From Vicinamibacterales bacterium (lineage in GTDB: Bacteria; Acidobacteriota; Vicinamibacteria; Vicinamibacterales; UBA2999), in the NCBI GenBank assembly GCA_035538015.1, contig DATLLC010000279.1, positions 1 through 57,392 of the forward strand: a stretch of 57,392 bases of DNA, given 5' to 3'. Below the pieces are notes generated by a model, which was not told the origin of the DNA, made no database searches, and worked only from the letters and a program-made list of their open reading frames with translations. This document shows, piece by piece, positions 1-9,236 of the stretch. The position numbers and the translations under genes are program-made. Each line of letters starts with the position of its first letter. Position 1 is the stretch's first letter.

Positions 1-39
1 AGTAGTCCGGCTGGGGGTGCCGCTCACTTCAACCGTGAG

Positions 40-150
40 ACCGCAAGTCGCCCGATCTCGCAATCGCCCGATGCGTCAATCCGAATGAGCCGATGACGCA
101 ATCCCCAATCACCCGATAAATCGCTCAATCGCCAATCATCAACCGCAAAT
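40..150 (-). repeat. Diverged copy of the dispersed low-GC GAT/ATC-word element, just 3' of gene 165..635
   Basis: The reverse complement reads ATTTGCGGTTGATGATTGGCGATTGAGCGATTTATCGGG...TGCGTCA. It shares GTTGATG, CGATTTATC and TGCGTCA with copy 40481..40650. It starts about 15 nt after the TGA stop (165..167, minus) and has the same orientation as that gene. Confidence 0.4.
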
Positions 151-164
151 GGACGCGGCCCGAG

Positions 165-635
165 TCACCCGCGGTCGAAGGGGATGCCCACGTAGAGCTC
201 CGCCTGCTCGGGCCTCAGTATCATCCAGGTGAACATGAAGCGAATCGCGGTCCGGTTGTCCACGCGCGAGACCTCGATGGCCTGCTGATAGCGCACGTGC
301 CAGTCGTACAAGTCGGTGAAAATGCCGGGACCGATCTCGCAGTAGTCCGGATACTTCTGGTTGGATTTCAAGAAGATCCCGAATTGACGACGGATTTCCA
401 CCAGCACCCCGTGTGCCACCGACGGACCGATGAACGCGTCGCGCATCAGCCGCCGGATCTCGACGATCTGGTCGGCGATCTCCCTGAGCGCCTGCGCGCT
501 GACGAGATCCGGTGGCTGCGCCGCCGTGACGTCGCCACTCGCCGCTGCAGCTGCCCCGTCTCCTGCCCCGCCGTCGGCCGCGGCCGCCAGCGCGCCAAGC
601 GCACCCGTTGTTACCACTTCGCGTCGCGTCACCAT
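165..635 (-). CDS. Hypothetical exported protein with a twin-arginine-like signal
   Basis: 156-aa ORF. The N-terminus MVTRREVVTTGALGALAAAA has an RR motif followed by a hydrophobic core. AAGGAGG (revcomp of 641..647) lies 5 nt upstream of the ATG. I recognise no family. Confidence 0.6.
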   Translation of the reverse strand: MVTRREVVTTGALGALAAAADGGAGDGAAAAASGDVTAAQPPDLVSAQALREIADQIVEIRRLMRDAFIGPSVAHGVLVEIRRQFGIFLKSNQKYPDYCEIGPGIFTDLYDWHVRYQQAIEVSRVDNRTAIRFMFTWMILRPEQAELYVGIPFDRG

Positions 636-944
636 CGAGACCTCCTTGCGGACCTGTGTCGAGCCTACTGTAAGGCCGGACGCGGCGGGATCTTCGCAGT
701 GGCCGGCGGCGGGTCATTGTGAACGAAGCTCAGCCCAGTGACCCCGCTGTGGGAACTTTGCCGGGTATCTGGTGGGCCACGATGGCCGCCTGCGCTCTCT
801 CTTCGGCAGCCTCGGCGCGCCTGCCAGCCCGGTGCTGACCAGCGCAATCGGGCAGGTGCTTGGCGAGCCCGTCCCCAAGGGTGATCGTTGACCGTCGACG
901 GCCCCTTGCCAAGGTGGCCGCTGGTCCGTCGATGAGCCGCCCGG

Positions 945-950
945 TAGAAT
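945..950 (+). promoter_or_regulatory. -10-like box TAGAAT 6 nt upstream of ATG 957 (candidate leaderless promoter)
   Basis: TAGAAT at 945..950, then GACGCC, then ATG. There is no Shine-Dalgarno sequence. Confidence 0.45.
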
Positions 951-956
951 GACGCC

Positions 957-1769
957 ATGGCTCCGTTCACGTCGATTCTCTGTGCGGTCGATGCCTCGGG
1001 CGGCGCCCCACGCGTGCTCCGCCACGCAGCGGCGCTCGCCAGCGTCAGCGCCGCGCGCCTCACGGTGCTCACGGTCACCGATGGCGACCGCCGTCAGAGC
1101 GAGGCCCAGCTCGAGTCGCTGGTGTCGACCGTCCTGCCCGAGCGGCTTCTGGAAATCGGCGAGCCACGGCTTCGAGTCGCCCGCTTGACCCAGGGCGGTG
1201 TCGCCGACGCCATTCTCGAGCTCGCCCGCGAAGGCACCGACCTCATCGTCGCCGGCACGCACGCTCGCAGCGGATTGTCGCGATGGCTGCTGGGATCGAC
1301 GAGTGCGGCCATCCTCGAACAGACCTCGTGCGCCACGCTCCTCATCCCTCCAGGCCAGGTCGACCTGGTGGCGTTGTCGCCGCAGGGCGCCCGCTTGAAC
1401 TTCGGCGCTGTCATCGCCGCGGTGGATCTGTCGGAGCACAACGAGAAACAGTTGCGGCTCGCCAGCCAGATCGCGGCCATGGTCCGTCTGCCGCTGGTGC
1501 TGATGACCGTGGCCAGCCCCGAGGTCACCGAGCAGCAGGCCGAGCGGGGGCTGGCGGAGCGGGCGGAGGCGCTCGGCCTCGTTGGCGTGCAGCAGATCGT
1601 CGTCCGGCGCGGGTCGGTGGCCGAGGAGATCTCGCGCGCAGCCGTCATGGAACCCGCCGGACTCGTGGTGATGGGTCTGCGGGAACGAGGCCGCGGCCCG
1701 GCCGGCGAAATCGCGACGCGCGTCGTCCATGGCAAGGACACCGTCGTGCTGGCAGTGCCGGCGGGGTGA
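957..1769 (+). CDS. Universal stress protein, tandem Usp domains
   Basis: 270 aa with two Usp-like halves. Each starts ILCAVD / VIAAVD and ends with a G-x-G...GS-type ATP-binding region (AGTHARSGLSRWLLGSTSAAIL; MGLRERGRGPAGEIATRVV). Confidence 0.85.
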   Translation: MAPFTSILCAVDASGGAPRVLRHAAALASVSAARLTVLTVTDGDRRQSEAQLESLVSTVLPERLLEIGEPRLRVARLTQGGVADAILELAREGTDLIVAGTHARSGLSRWLLGSTSAAILEQTSCATLLIPPGQVDLVALSPQGARLNFGAVIAAVDLSEHNEKQLRLASQIAAMVRLPLVLMTVASPEVTEQQAERGLAERAEALGLVGVQQIVVRRGSVAEEISRAAVMEPAGLVVMGLRERGRGPAGEIATRVVHGKDTVVLAVPAG

Positions 1770-1797
1770 CAGTCTCTTCATTGAATGAGGTTCCTGC

Positions 1798-4407
1798 ATG
1801 CGATTCGGAGTGGCACTGGTAGTCCTCATGGCACTGGCGGGCAGCGCAGGTGCGCAAACCTCCACTCCGGCGCCGGGCGTGCCGCTCGATGTCGCCACGC
1901 GGCGTGCGGCGGTCATCTTCGACCTCGGCTACGACCTGTCGCTCACCATCCCCAAGGCCCTGGCAGATCCCATCACCGGCTCCACGCGCATCACGTTCGA
2001 CCTGCGGGACAACACCACGCCGCTCGTCATCGACTTCGAGACCAGCCGTGACCACGTGCGGTCGGTCAAGGCCAACGACGCGATCGCCGCCTTCGAGTAC
2101 GTCAACGGCCACATCGTCGTGCCCAACACGGCGCTGAAAGTGGGCCGCAACATCATCGAGATCGCCTTCACGGCCGGCAACGATTCCCTCAACCGGAGCG
2201 CAGATTTTCTCTATGCGCTGTTCGTCCCCGCACGTGCACGGCAGGCAATTCCGGTGTTCGATCAGCCGGATCTGAAGGCCCGGTGGACGCTGACCCTCAT
2301 CCACCCCTCGGAGTGGAAAGCCGTCAGCAACGGCGCCGCGAGCGGTGGTGCCGTCTCCGGCGTCAGGGATCCGAACGGCCGGGCAGTGGCCGGGCCCGCG
2401 ACCGTGCGTTTCGCCGAGACCGAGCCGCTCTCCACCTACCTCTTCTCCTTCGTGGTCGGCGATTTCAAGGTGGAGTCGGCCGTCCGCAACGGCCGCACTT
2501 TCCGGATGTTCCATCGCGAGACCGACGCCCAGAAGGTCGAGCGGAACAAGGCCGCGATCTTCGATCTCCATGCGACAGCGCTGGCCTACATGGAGCAGTA
2601 CACCGGCATTCCCTACGCGTTCGGCAAATTCGACTTCGTGCTCATTCCCGCGTTCCAATTCGGCGGTATGGAGCACGCCGGCAAGATCCTCTACAACGCC
2701 ACCGGGCTGCTGCTCGACGAGTCGGCCACTCAGAACCAGCTGCTCGGCCGCGCCTCGGTCATCGCCCACGAGACTGCCCACATGTGGTTTGGCGATCTGG
2801 TGACCATGCGGTGGTTCAACGACGTGTGGATGAAGGAAGTCTTCGCGAACTTCATGGCGGCGAAGATCGTCAACCCTTCATTCCCGGACGTGAACCACGA
2901 GCTCCGCTTTCTGCTCGCGCACTACCCGGCGGCTTATGAAGTGGACCGGACGCCTGGCGCAAACCCGATCCGGCAGCAGCTGGACAACCTGAACGAGGCC
3001 GGCAGCCTCTACGGCGCGATCATCTATCAGAAGGCGCCGGTGGTGATGCGCCACCTCGAGGCGCTGCTCGGCGAGGAATCCTTCCGCGACGGCCTGCGCG
3101 AGTATCTCGGCGCGCACGAGTTCGCCAACGCCACGTGGAACGACCTGATCGAGGTATTGGATCGGCGCACGCCCGCGGATCTTCGGTCGTGGAGCCGCGT
3201 GTGGGTGGAGCAACCCGGGCGGCCGGTGATCGCGACGGAGCTCGATGCCCCTGGCGGCCGCATCGCGCGACTATCCTTCGTGCAGCGCGACACCTGGGCC
3301 CGCGGTACCGCATGGCCGCAGCAGCTCCGCGTGGTGCTTGGATACGCTGACGGACCGAAGACGGTGCACGTCGCGCTGGAGGGCGAGCGTGTGGACATGA
3401 AGGAAGCGATCGGGTGGCCCGCGCCGTTGTACGTACTCCCCGCTGGTGAGGGCTGGGCCTACGGAGAGTTCGAGCTCGATCGCGCATCGCTCAGCTATCT
3501 CTCGCGCTCGCTGGCCTCGATCGGAGACCCGCTGACCCGAGGCAGCGCCTGGGTCACGCTCTGGGATGCGCTGCTCGAGGGCACGCTCTCGCCTGATGCG
3601 TTCATGGACCTGGCCTCGTCCGCCCTGCCGAATGAGACCGACGAACAGCTGACGGCGCGGGTCCTGAACTACGCGGGCAGCGCCTGGTGGCGATTTCTCA
3701 CCGCGGCGGAGCGGACCCGTCGCGCCGCCCCCCTCGAAGAGCTCCTTCGACGGGGGCTCGCCCAGGCTGCCACCGCGAGCCAGAAAGCCGCGTGGTTTGG
3801 CACGTTGCGGACGGTCACCCTGACACCCGAGAACACGGCCTGGCTGCGGCGTGTGTGGGCCAAGGCCGAATCGGTCCCGGGCCTGCCGCTGGCGGAATCC
3901 GACTACACGACGCTCGCACTCGAACTGGCCGTGCGCGAGGTCGAGGGGTGGAAAGCTCTCCTCTCCGAGCAGCTGACGCGCATCGAGAATCCCGATCGCA
4001 AGGGCCGCTTCGCGTTCGTGATGCCGGCGCTCTCCGCCGATCCCAGGGAACGTGACGCGTGGTTCCGCTCGCTGGCCGACGTGAAGAATCGGAGGCGCGA
4101 GCCCTGGGTGCTCGAAGGGTTGACCTACCTGCATCACCCGCTGAGGGCGCGTGCCTCGTCCGGCTATGTCGCGACCAGCCTCGACATGCTGTTGGAGATT
4201 CAGAAGACCGGCGACATTTTCTTCCCCAAGCGGTGGCTCGATGCCACGCTGGGCGGCTACAACTCATCCGAAGTCGCCACTGCCGTCCGGCAATTTCTCG
4301 GCTCGCTGCCACCAAACTACCCCGAGCGGCTGAAGAACATCACGCTCCAGTCGGCGGACGAGCTCTTCCGCGCGGAGACAGTGCAACGTGCCGTGGATCG
4401 GCGCTGA
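1798..4407 (+). CDS. M1-family zinc aminopeptidase (aminopeptidase N-like), secreted
   Basis: 869 aa with a signal peptide (MRFGVALVVLMALAGSAGAQ). It has the exopeptidase motif FGGMEHAG (a GAMEN variant) and HETAH-X18-E (HETAHMWFGDLVTMRWFNDVWMKE). GAGG lies 7 nt upstream of the ATG. Confidence 0.9.
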   Translation: MRFGVALVVLMALAGSAGAQTSTPAPGVPLDVATRRAAVIFDLGYDLSLTIPKALADPITGSTRITFDLRDNTTPLVIDFETSRDHVRSVKANDAIAAFEYVNGHIVVPNTALKVGRNIIEIAFTAGNDSLNRSADFLYALFVPARARQAIPVFDQPDLKARWTLTLIHPSEWKAVSNGAASGGAVSGVRDPNGRAVAGPATVRFAETEPLSTYLFSFVVGDFKVESAVRNGRTFRMFHRETDAQKVERNKAAIFDLHATALAYMEQYTGIPYAFGKFDFVLIPAFQFGGMEHAGKILYNATGLLLDESATQNQLLGRASVIAHETAHMWFGDLVTMRWFNDVWMKEVFANFMAAKIVNPSFPDVNHELRFLLAHYPAAYEVDRTPGANPIRQQLDNLNEAGSLYGAIIYQKAPVVMRHLEALLGEESFRDGLREYLGAHEFANATWNDLIEVLDRRTPADLRSWSRVWVEQPGRPVIATELDAPGGRIARLSFVQRDTWARGTAWPQQLRVVLGYADGPKTVHVALEGERVDMKEAIGWPAPLYVLPAGEGWAYGEFELDRASLSYLSRSLASIGDPLTRGSAWVTLWDALLEGTLSPDAFMDLASSALPNETDEQLTARVLNYAGSAWWRFLTAAERTRRAAPLEELLRRGLAQAATASQKAAWFGTLRTVTLTPENTAWLRRVWAKAESVPGLPLAESDYTTLALELAVREVEGWKALLSEQLTRIENPDRKGRFAFVMPALSADPRERDAWFRSLADVKNRRREPWVLEGLTYLHHPLRARASSGYVATSLDMLLEIQKTGDIFFPKRWLDATLGGYNSSEVATAVRQFLGSLPPNYPERLKNITLQSADELFRAETVQRAVDRR

Positions 4408-4706
4408 GATGGCGGAGATGAATGTCGGCGCGGGAGGACACGCCCCCCGCGGCCGGGGCTGGGGTATGGCTTGGCTGGGCACTCGCCGGCACCTGCCTGA
4501 TCGCCGTACCCGAAGCTCGACCAGATTGTCGGCCGGCGTCTTCGTTTCCGGCGTCGCCCCCGCGGGACTCGTCTTGGCGAACGTGCCATCGGCGTGCAAG
4601 GACCAGGCTCAGCCGCCAGAAACCCACCGTTGCTCCAACTGAGCACGGCCCTTGCTCCATTCGGCATCGAGGTACCCAACCAGGGGACTTCGCGTTGCGA
4701 CGCTCC

Positions 4707-5147
4707 TCAGAGGGGCTGCTGGCCGGTACCCCGTGAAACCTCCCGCACCAGCTCCGCCACCTCAGGTGGTTTCCCCGCCCAGGCCACGTCGGCCTGCGCG
4801 ATGATCCCGACGCATCGGTCCTCGTCGTCGATGACCGGCACCCGCCGGATCCGATGCTTCTCCATCGTCGACAGCACCTCCTGGAGGGAATCGTCGGCCC
4901 GGACGCTCACCACGGGCTGGGACATGCAGTGCTCGGCGGGGTACCCGATCGGGTTCCTTCCAACCGCCACGACGCGGCAGACGATATCGCGGTCAGTGAC
5001 CACGCCGATGAGCTCGTCCGATCGGTTGATCACCGGAATCTCCCCGCAATCGTTCTGGATCATCATCTTCGCCACCTGTTCAAGGGGCGTATCCGGCGTG
5101 CAACACGCCGGTGCCGGTGTCATCACGTCTTGTGCTACCTGCTTCAT
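4707..5147 (-). CDS. CBS-domain pair protein
   Basis: The C-terminal 146 aa of ORF 4707..5330 begin MKQVAQDVMTPAP. There are two CBS repeats (..IPVINRSDELIGVVTDRDI.. and ..VPVIDDEDRCVGIIAQADV..). I chose the internal ATG at 5147 because GGGAGG lies 7 nt upstream and the upstream 61 codons look non-coding. Confidence 0.85.
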   Translation of the reverse strand: MKQVAQDVMTPAPACCTPDTPLEQVAKMMIQNDCGEIPVINRSDELIGVVTDRDIVCRVVAVGRNPIGYPAEHCMSQPVVSVRADDSLQEVLSTMEKHRIRRVPVIDDEDRCVGIIAQADVAWAGKPPEVAELVREVSRGTGQQPL

Positions 5148-5253
5148 GTCTGGTGCCTCCCACCGGTGTCGGTGCAAGGCAGGTGCCGTCGGCCCGCGAA
5201 TCCCTGAATTCTCCTCACTCTCATCCGTGCAATCGGCGTAATCTGCGGATCCC

Positions 5254-6471
5254 ATGTTCCGAATCATCCTGGCTTGCATCTGTGTCATGCCGCTCTCGGC
5301 ATGGGCGCAGCCGTCAGCGATCACCATCAAGGCTCAGCGGGTCGTCGATGGCGCTGGCGGCGTGGTCGAGAACGCCATGGTCACCGTGCAGGACGGGAAG
5401 ATTACCCGCGTCGGGCCGGTGCAGGGCGTGCCGACCATCGACCTCGGCGACGCCACGCTGCTACCCGGGTTCATCGACACCCACGTCCACATCGACTGGC
5501 ATTTCGACGCGCAGGGCCGTTACCACACCGGCCCCGAACCCGCCGAACAGAACGCGCTCTACGCGGCCGAGAACGCGTACGTCACGCTGATGGCCGGCTT
5601 CACGACCATCCAGAGCGTCGGATCGCCACGCGACAAGGCGCTGCGGGACGCCATCGCGCGTGGCGTGCTGCCGGGGCCTCGACTGCTGACCTCCCTCGGG
5701 CAGATCAGCGACCCCAAGATGACGCCGGACGAGATGCGCGCCGAGGTTCGAAAGAAGAAGGCGGACGGTGCCGACCTCGTGAAGATTTTCGCCTCAGCCA
5801 GCATTCGGGACGGGGGCGTCCCGACCCTCTCGCAGGAACAGCTCGATGCGGCCTGCGGGGAGGCGAAGGCCCAGGGACTGCGGTCCATGGTCCATGCCCA
5901 CAGCCCGGAGTCGATGATGCGTGCGGCCCGCGCGGGCTGCACGGTCGTGGAGCACGGCGGGCTGGCGACGCCCGATGCCCTGAAGATGCTGGCCGAGCGC
6001 GACGTCTACTTCGATCCGAACATCGGCCTCGTCACGCAGAACTACCTGGAGAACAAGCCGCGGTTCCTGGGAATCGGGAACTACACGGAAGAGGGCTTCG
6101 CCTCGATGGAGAAGGCGCTCGTCCTCAAGGACGCGATGTTCACCGCCGCGCTCAAGACCCCGAACCTCAAGATGGTGATGGGCACGGACGCGGTCGCAGG
6201 GGCGCACGGCCAGAACATGCGCGAAGTGCTGGAGCGCGTGAAGTCGGGCCAGAAGCCGATGGACGCGATCGTCTCGCTGACGTCGATCTCCGCGGCGTCG
6301 ATCGGCATGGGGAAGCAAATCGGCGCCGTGGCCCCTGGCATGGCCGCCGACCTCGTGGCCGTGGCCGGCAACCCGATCGCCGACGTCGATGCGCTGCGCC
6401 GGGTGCTGTTCGTGATGAAAGGCGGCAGAGTGTATCGCGGTGTCACGGGGACTGGCACCGTGACACGCTGA
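5254..6471 (+). CDS. Amidohydrolase-superfamily metallohydrolase (imidazolonepropionase / Xaa-Pro dipeptidase-like), secreted
   Basis: 405 aa with a signal peptide (..CVMPLSAWAQ) and the HxH metal motif in LLPGFIDTHVHIDWH. The C-terminal ADLVAVAGNP...VMKGGRVY is typical of the family. Confidence 0.85.
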   Translation: MFRIILACICVMPLSAWAQPSAITIKAQRVVDGAGGVVENAMVTVQDGKITRVGPVQGVPTIDLGDATLLPGFIDTHVHIDWHFDAQGRYHTGPEPAEQNALYAAENAYVTLMAGFTTIQSVGSPRDKALRDAIARGVLPGPRLLTSLGQISDPKMTPDEMRAEVRKKKADGADLVKIFASASIRDGGVPTLSQEQLDAACGEAKAQGLRSMVHAHSPESMMRAARAGCTVVEHGGLATPDALKMLAERDVYFDPNIGLVTQNYLENKPRFLGIGNYTEEGFASMEKALVLKDAMFTAALKTPNLKMVMGTDAVAGAHGQNMREVLERVKSGQKPMDAIVSLTSISAASIGMGKQIGAVAPGMAADLVAVAGNPIADVDALRRVLFVMKGGRVYRGVTGTGTVTR

Positions 6472-6561
6472 TCCGTAGCAGAGTCTGCCGACCCGGAACG
6501 CACGGATTCGTGAGATGGCAGTTCCTGCGGCGTTCCGTCATGTCACGGTGCCAGTCCCCGT

Positions 6562-6567
6562 TACAAT
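6562..6567 (+). promoter_or_regulatory. -10-like box TACAAT 6 nt upstream of ATG 6574
   Basis: TACAAT-CAGCAG-ATG, with no SD. Confidence 0.45.
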
Positions 6568-6573
6568 CAGCAG

Positions 6574-7755
6574 ATGCGCAGCTCGGCGGAGGTCGTCATC
6601 GTGGGTGGGGGCTGCATGGGGTGCAGCCTGGCCTGGCACCTGGCCGAGCGGGGCCTCACAAACGTCGTCTTGATCGAGCGAGAAGCGCAACTCGGCGCTG
6701 GTTCCACGGGCAAGAACGCCGGCGGCGTGCGGCACCAGTTCTCCCACCCGGCCAACATCCGCCTCTCGCTCGAATCGATCGCAATGCTGGCGGACTTCGA
6801 GGCGCGGGTCGGCGCGCCTATCGACTTCCACCAGGACGGGTACCTGTTCCTGGTGTCGAAGTCGTCCAACGTCGCGGCCTTTCAACAGAACATCGCCTTG
6901 CAACGCCGCATGGGCGTGGACGTGCAATGGCTCGCGCCCGACGAGGCGTCCCGAATCGCGCCCGGCATCGAGATCGGCGGCATCCGGGGCGCCGCCTGGT
7001 GCGCGGCCGACGGCGTCGCGGACCCCAACGGCGTGACGATGGGCTTCGCCAGGGGCGCGCAGGCGCGTGGCGTCGAGATCGTGCGCGAGACCGAGGTGAC
7101 TGGCGTCACGCTCGACGGCCATCGCGTCGCCGCAGTCCAGACCTCGCGCGGATCGATCAGCACTCCGGCGCTGGTGAATGCCGCCGGACCGTGGGCAAAG
7201 GCCATCGGCCGCTATTGTGGAGTGGACGTCCCGGTCGAGCCCGAGCGCAGGCACATCTTCATCGCCGCTCCGGAGCGAGGCGGCTCGTGGGACGCGCCGG
7301 AATGGGAAGGCCGCGTGCCGCGCTCCCGAGTGCTCGTCATCGACTTCGAGAGCACGTTCTACTTCCACCGCGAGGGGCCGGGGCTGCTCTTCGGGATGGG
7401 CGACCCTGACGAGAGACCGGGCTTCGACATCACCGTGCGCTGGGACTTTCTGCCCAAGGTGACGGAGGTCGCGATCACCCGACTTCCGGCAATGGCGGAC
7501 GCGGCCGTGTCACATGCCTGGGCCGGCCTTTACGAAATGACGCCCGACCACAACCCCATCATCGGGCCCTCCGGTGATGTGACCGGCTTCTACACGATCG
7601 CCGGATTCAGCGGCCACGGCTTCCAGCACGCCCCGGCAGCGGGCCGGATTCTCGCCGACCTGATCACGGGCCGCGATCCGCGGTTCGACGTCTCGCCCTT
7701 CGCCGCCGACCGCTTCGCGAAGGCGACCCGCAGCGGCGAATTGAACGTCGTATGA
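6574..7755 (+). CDS. FAD-dependent oxidoreductase, DAO family (sarcosine oxidase beta / D-amino-acid oxidase-like)
   Basis: 393 aa. It has the N-terminal dinucleotide fold VVIVGGGCMGCSLAWHLAERG and the C-terminal FSGHGFQHAPAAGRILADLI typical of DAO/SoxB-like enzymes. Confidence 0.85.
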   Translation: MRSSAEVVIVGGGCMGCSLAWHLAERGLTNVVLIEREAQLGAGSTGKNAGGVRHQFSHPANIRLSLESIAMLADFEARVGAPIDFHQDGYLFLVSKSSNVAAFQQNIALQRRMGVDVQWLAPDEASRIAPGIEIGGIRGAAWCAADGVADPNGVTMGFARGAQARGVEIVRETEVTGVTLDGHRVAAVQTSRGSISTPALVNAAGPWAKAIGRYCGVDVPVEPERRHIFIAAPERGGSWDAPEWEGRVPRSRVLVIDFESTFYFHREGPGLLFGMGDPDERPGFDITVRWDFLPKVTEVAITRLPAMADAAVSHAWAGLYEMTPDHNPIIGPSGDVTGFYTIAGFSGHGFQHAPAAGRILADLITGRDPRFDVSPFAADRFAKATRSGELNVV

Positions 7756-7790
7756 GCCGACGCCGGGAACCGGCATCCTGAGTCGCTTGG

Positions 7791-9065
7791 TCACTGCCTG
7801 TAGACGCGCCCGCCCTTCATCACGAACTTCACGCGCCTCAAGGCGCCGATGTCCCTCGTCGGATCGCCGTCGACGGCAATCAGGTCCGCCAGCAGGCCTT
7901 CCCGCACCTGGCCAACCAGTCTGTCCAGGTGAAAGAACGAGGCGTTGCCGGAGGTCGCCGCCGCCGCCGCCGCCAGCGGCGTCATGCCCCACGCGACCAT
8001 GAGCTCCAGCTCGCGCACGTTGTCGCCGTGTGCGTAGACGCCGACGTCGCCGCCGAAGCACATCTTCACGCCGGCCGCGAGCGCGGCCTTGAACGTCATA
8101 CGCTTCCGGGCAATCCGCTCGGGCTCGGGATCGACGCCCTTCTTCCACCCGGCGTACTGCGCGGTGGCGTCGGGGGCCGCCAGCGTCGGGCAGTAGGCCA
8201 CACCTTTCTCCACCATCAGCTTCCATATCTCCGGCGTGCCCTCGTCGCCGTGCTCGATCGTCTCCACGCCGCCGAGGATGGCGCGGCGCATCCCTTCCAC
8301 CGTGCCCGCGTGGGCCACGACCGGGCGGCCGCTGCTCTTCGCCACCTCGACAATGCGCGCGATCTCGTCGAGGGTGAAAGTGGCGCGCGACTCGCCATTG
8401 GGCCCCCAGCGGTAGTCCGCGTAGATCTTGATGAAGTCCACGCCGTGCCCGATCTGATCGCGGGCCACCCGGGTGACGCCCTCCAGACCGTCGGCTTCTT
8501 CGGCCCCCTGGGGCACCCGCACTTCGGTGGCAAAGCCCTTGGGCCCGTAGCTGCCGGTTGCCACCATGGCCGGGCCCGCCACCAGCATGCGCGGTCCGGG
8601 CACCAGGCCTTCCTCGATGGCGCGCTTCAAGCCGACGTCGGCGTACCCTGCGCCCTCGGTCCCGAGATCGCGCACCATCGTGACGCCGGCCATCAACGTG
8701 CGCTCCGCATGCGTGACGGCGCGCGCCACCCGGTAGGACAGCGGCTCGCGCAGAACCTGGTCGTTCCAGGTCGTCTCGTTGTACGGATGCAGCAGCAGGT
8801 GCGAGTGGCCCTCGATCAGGCCCGGCATCAGTGTGAGCGTGGGCAGTCTTACTTCCTGCGCCCCCGCCCGGGTCAGTGAGCCGGCCGGGCCCGCCGCGAC
8901 GATGCGATCGCCGGTCACCACGACTGCCCAGCCGCGCTGCAGCTGAACTCCGTCGAACACCGCCTCTGGGACGAGGATCATGGTCGGCGTCATGGCGGGC
9001 TGCGCGGACGGCGAGATCGAGAGAGCCACGGACAACACGGCCACCACTGAAAGCAAGAGCTTCAT
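7791..9065 (-). CDS. Amidohydrolase-superfamily metallohydrolase, secreted
   Basis: 424 aa with a signal peptide (MKLLLSVVAVLSVALSISPSAQP), the HxH motif in PGLIEGHSHLLLH, and the C-terminal ADLIAVDGDP...VMKGGRVY. Confidence 0.85.
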   Translation of the reverse strand: MKLLLSVVAVLSVALSISPSAQPAMTPTMILVPEAVFDGVQLQRGWAVVVTGDRIVAAGPAGSLTRAGAQEVRLPTLTLMPGLIEGHSHLLLHPYNETTWNDQVLREPLSYRVARAVTHAERTLMAGVTMVRDLGTEGAGYADVGLKRAIEEGLVPGPRMLVAGPAMVATGSYGPKGFATEVRVPQGAEEADGLEGVTRVARDQIGHGVDFIKIYADYRWGPNGESRATFTLDEIARIVEVAKSSGRPVVAHAGTVEGMRRAILGGVETIEHGDEGTPEIWKLMVEKGVAYCPTLAAPDATAQYAGWKKGVDPEPERIARKRMTFKAALAAGVKMCFGGDVGVYAHGDNVRELELMVAWGMTPLAAAAAATSGNASFFHLDRLVGQVREGLLADLIAVDGDPTRDIGALRRVKFVMKGGRVYRQ

Positions 9066-9073
9066 GGGCGCGA

Positions 9074-9079
9074 AGTATA
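9074..9079 (-). promoter_or_regulatory. -10-like box TATACT (minus strand) 8 nt upstream of ATG 9065
   Basis: The minus strand reads GCAGTATACTTCGCGCCCATG, with no SD. Confidence 0.4.
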
Positions 9080-9094
9080 CTGCCGGCCCGGACG

Positions 9095-9150
9095 GGGATC
9101 AGGGGTCAGGGATCAGGGATCAGGGATCAGGGATCAGGGATCAGGGATCA
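9095..9150 (+). repeat. Tandem heptamer array (GGGATCA) x8
   Basis: Eight contiguous 7-nt units. Seven are GGGATCA and one is GGGGTCA (9102..9108). The array is intergenic, between divergent starts 9065 (-) and 9237 (+). Confidence 0.95.
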
Positions 9151-9160
9151 GGAGTAGGGA

Positions 9161-9236
9161 GCAGGACCCAAAGCGCAGGACCCAAAGACCCCGGACCGAG
9201 ACCTCGAGAACGCGGGACCCAAGGCCCCAGGACCCA
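9161..9236 (+). repeat. T-poor GGACCC-word degenerate repeat, related to 57084..57150
   Basis: GCAGGACCCAAA occurs twice, plus GGGACCCAAGG and CAGGACCCA. There is a single T in 76 nt. It shares GCGCAGGACCC (9173..9183) and CGAGAACGCG (9205..9214) with 57084..57094 and 57094..57103. Confidence 0.8.

Noticed and set aside
730-912. A 60-aa minus-strand ORF in the 636..956 spacer
   Set aside because: It has no SD or -10 context and no motif, and it is Arg/Ala-rich. ORFs of this size arise by chance at this GC content.
5274-7409. A 711-aa ORF, the longest in this part of the track
   Set aside because: It runs off-frame across two well-supported genes (amidohydrolase 5254..6471 and DAO flavoenzyme 6574..7755). 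It is extremely Arg/Gly/Pro/Ala-rich with no motif. This is a typical high-GC shadow ORF.
9095-9150. Tandem arrays (also 42634..42775, 47734..47783, 55581..55752) considered as CRISPR arrays
   Set aside because: The units are 7-20 nt and directly abutting, with no unique spacers. There is no leader or cas genes. These are simple or degenerate tandem repeats.
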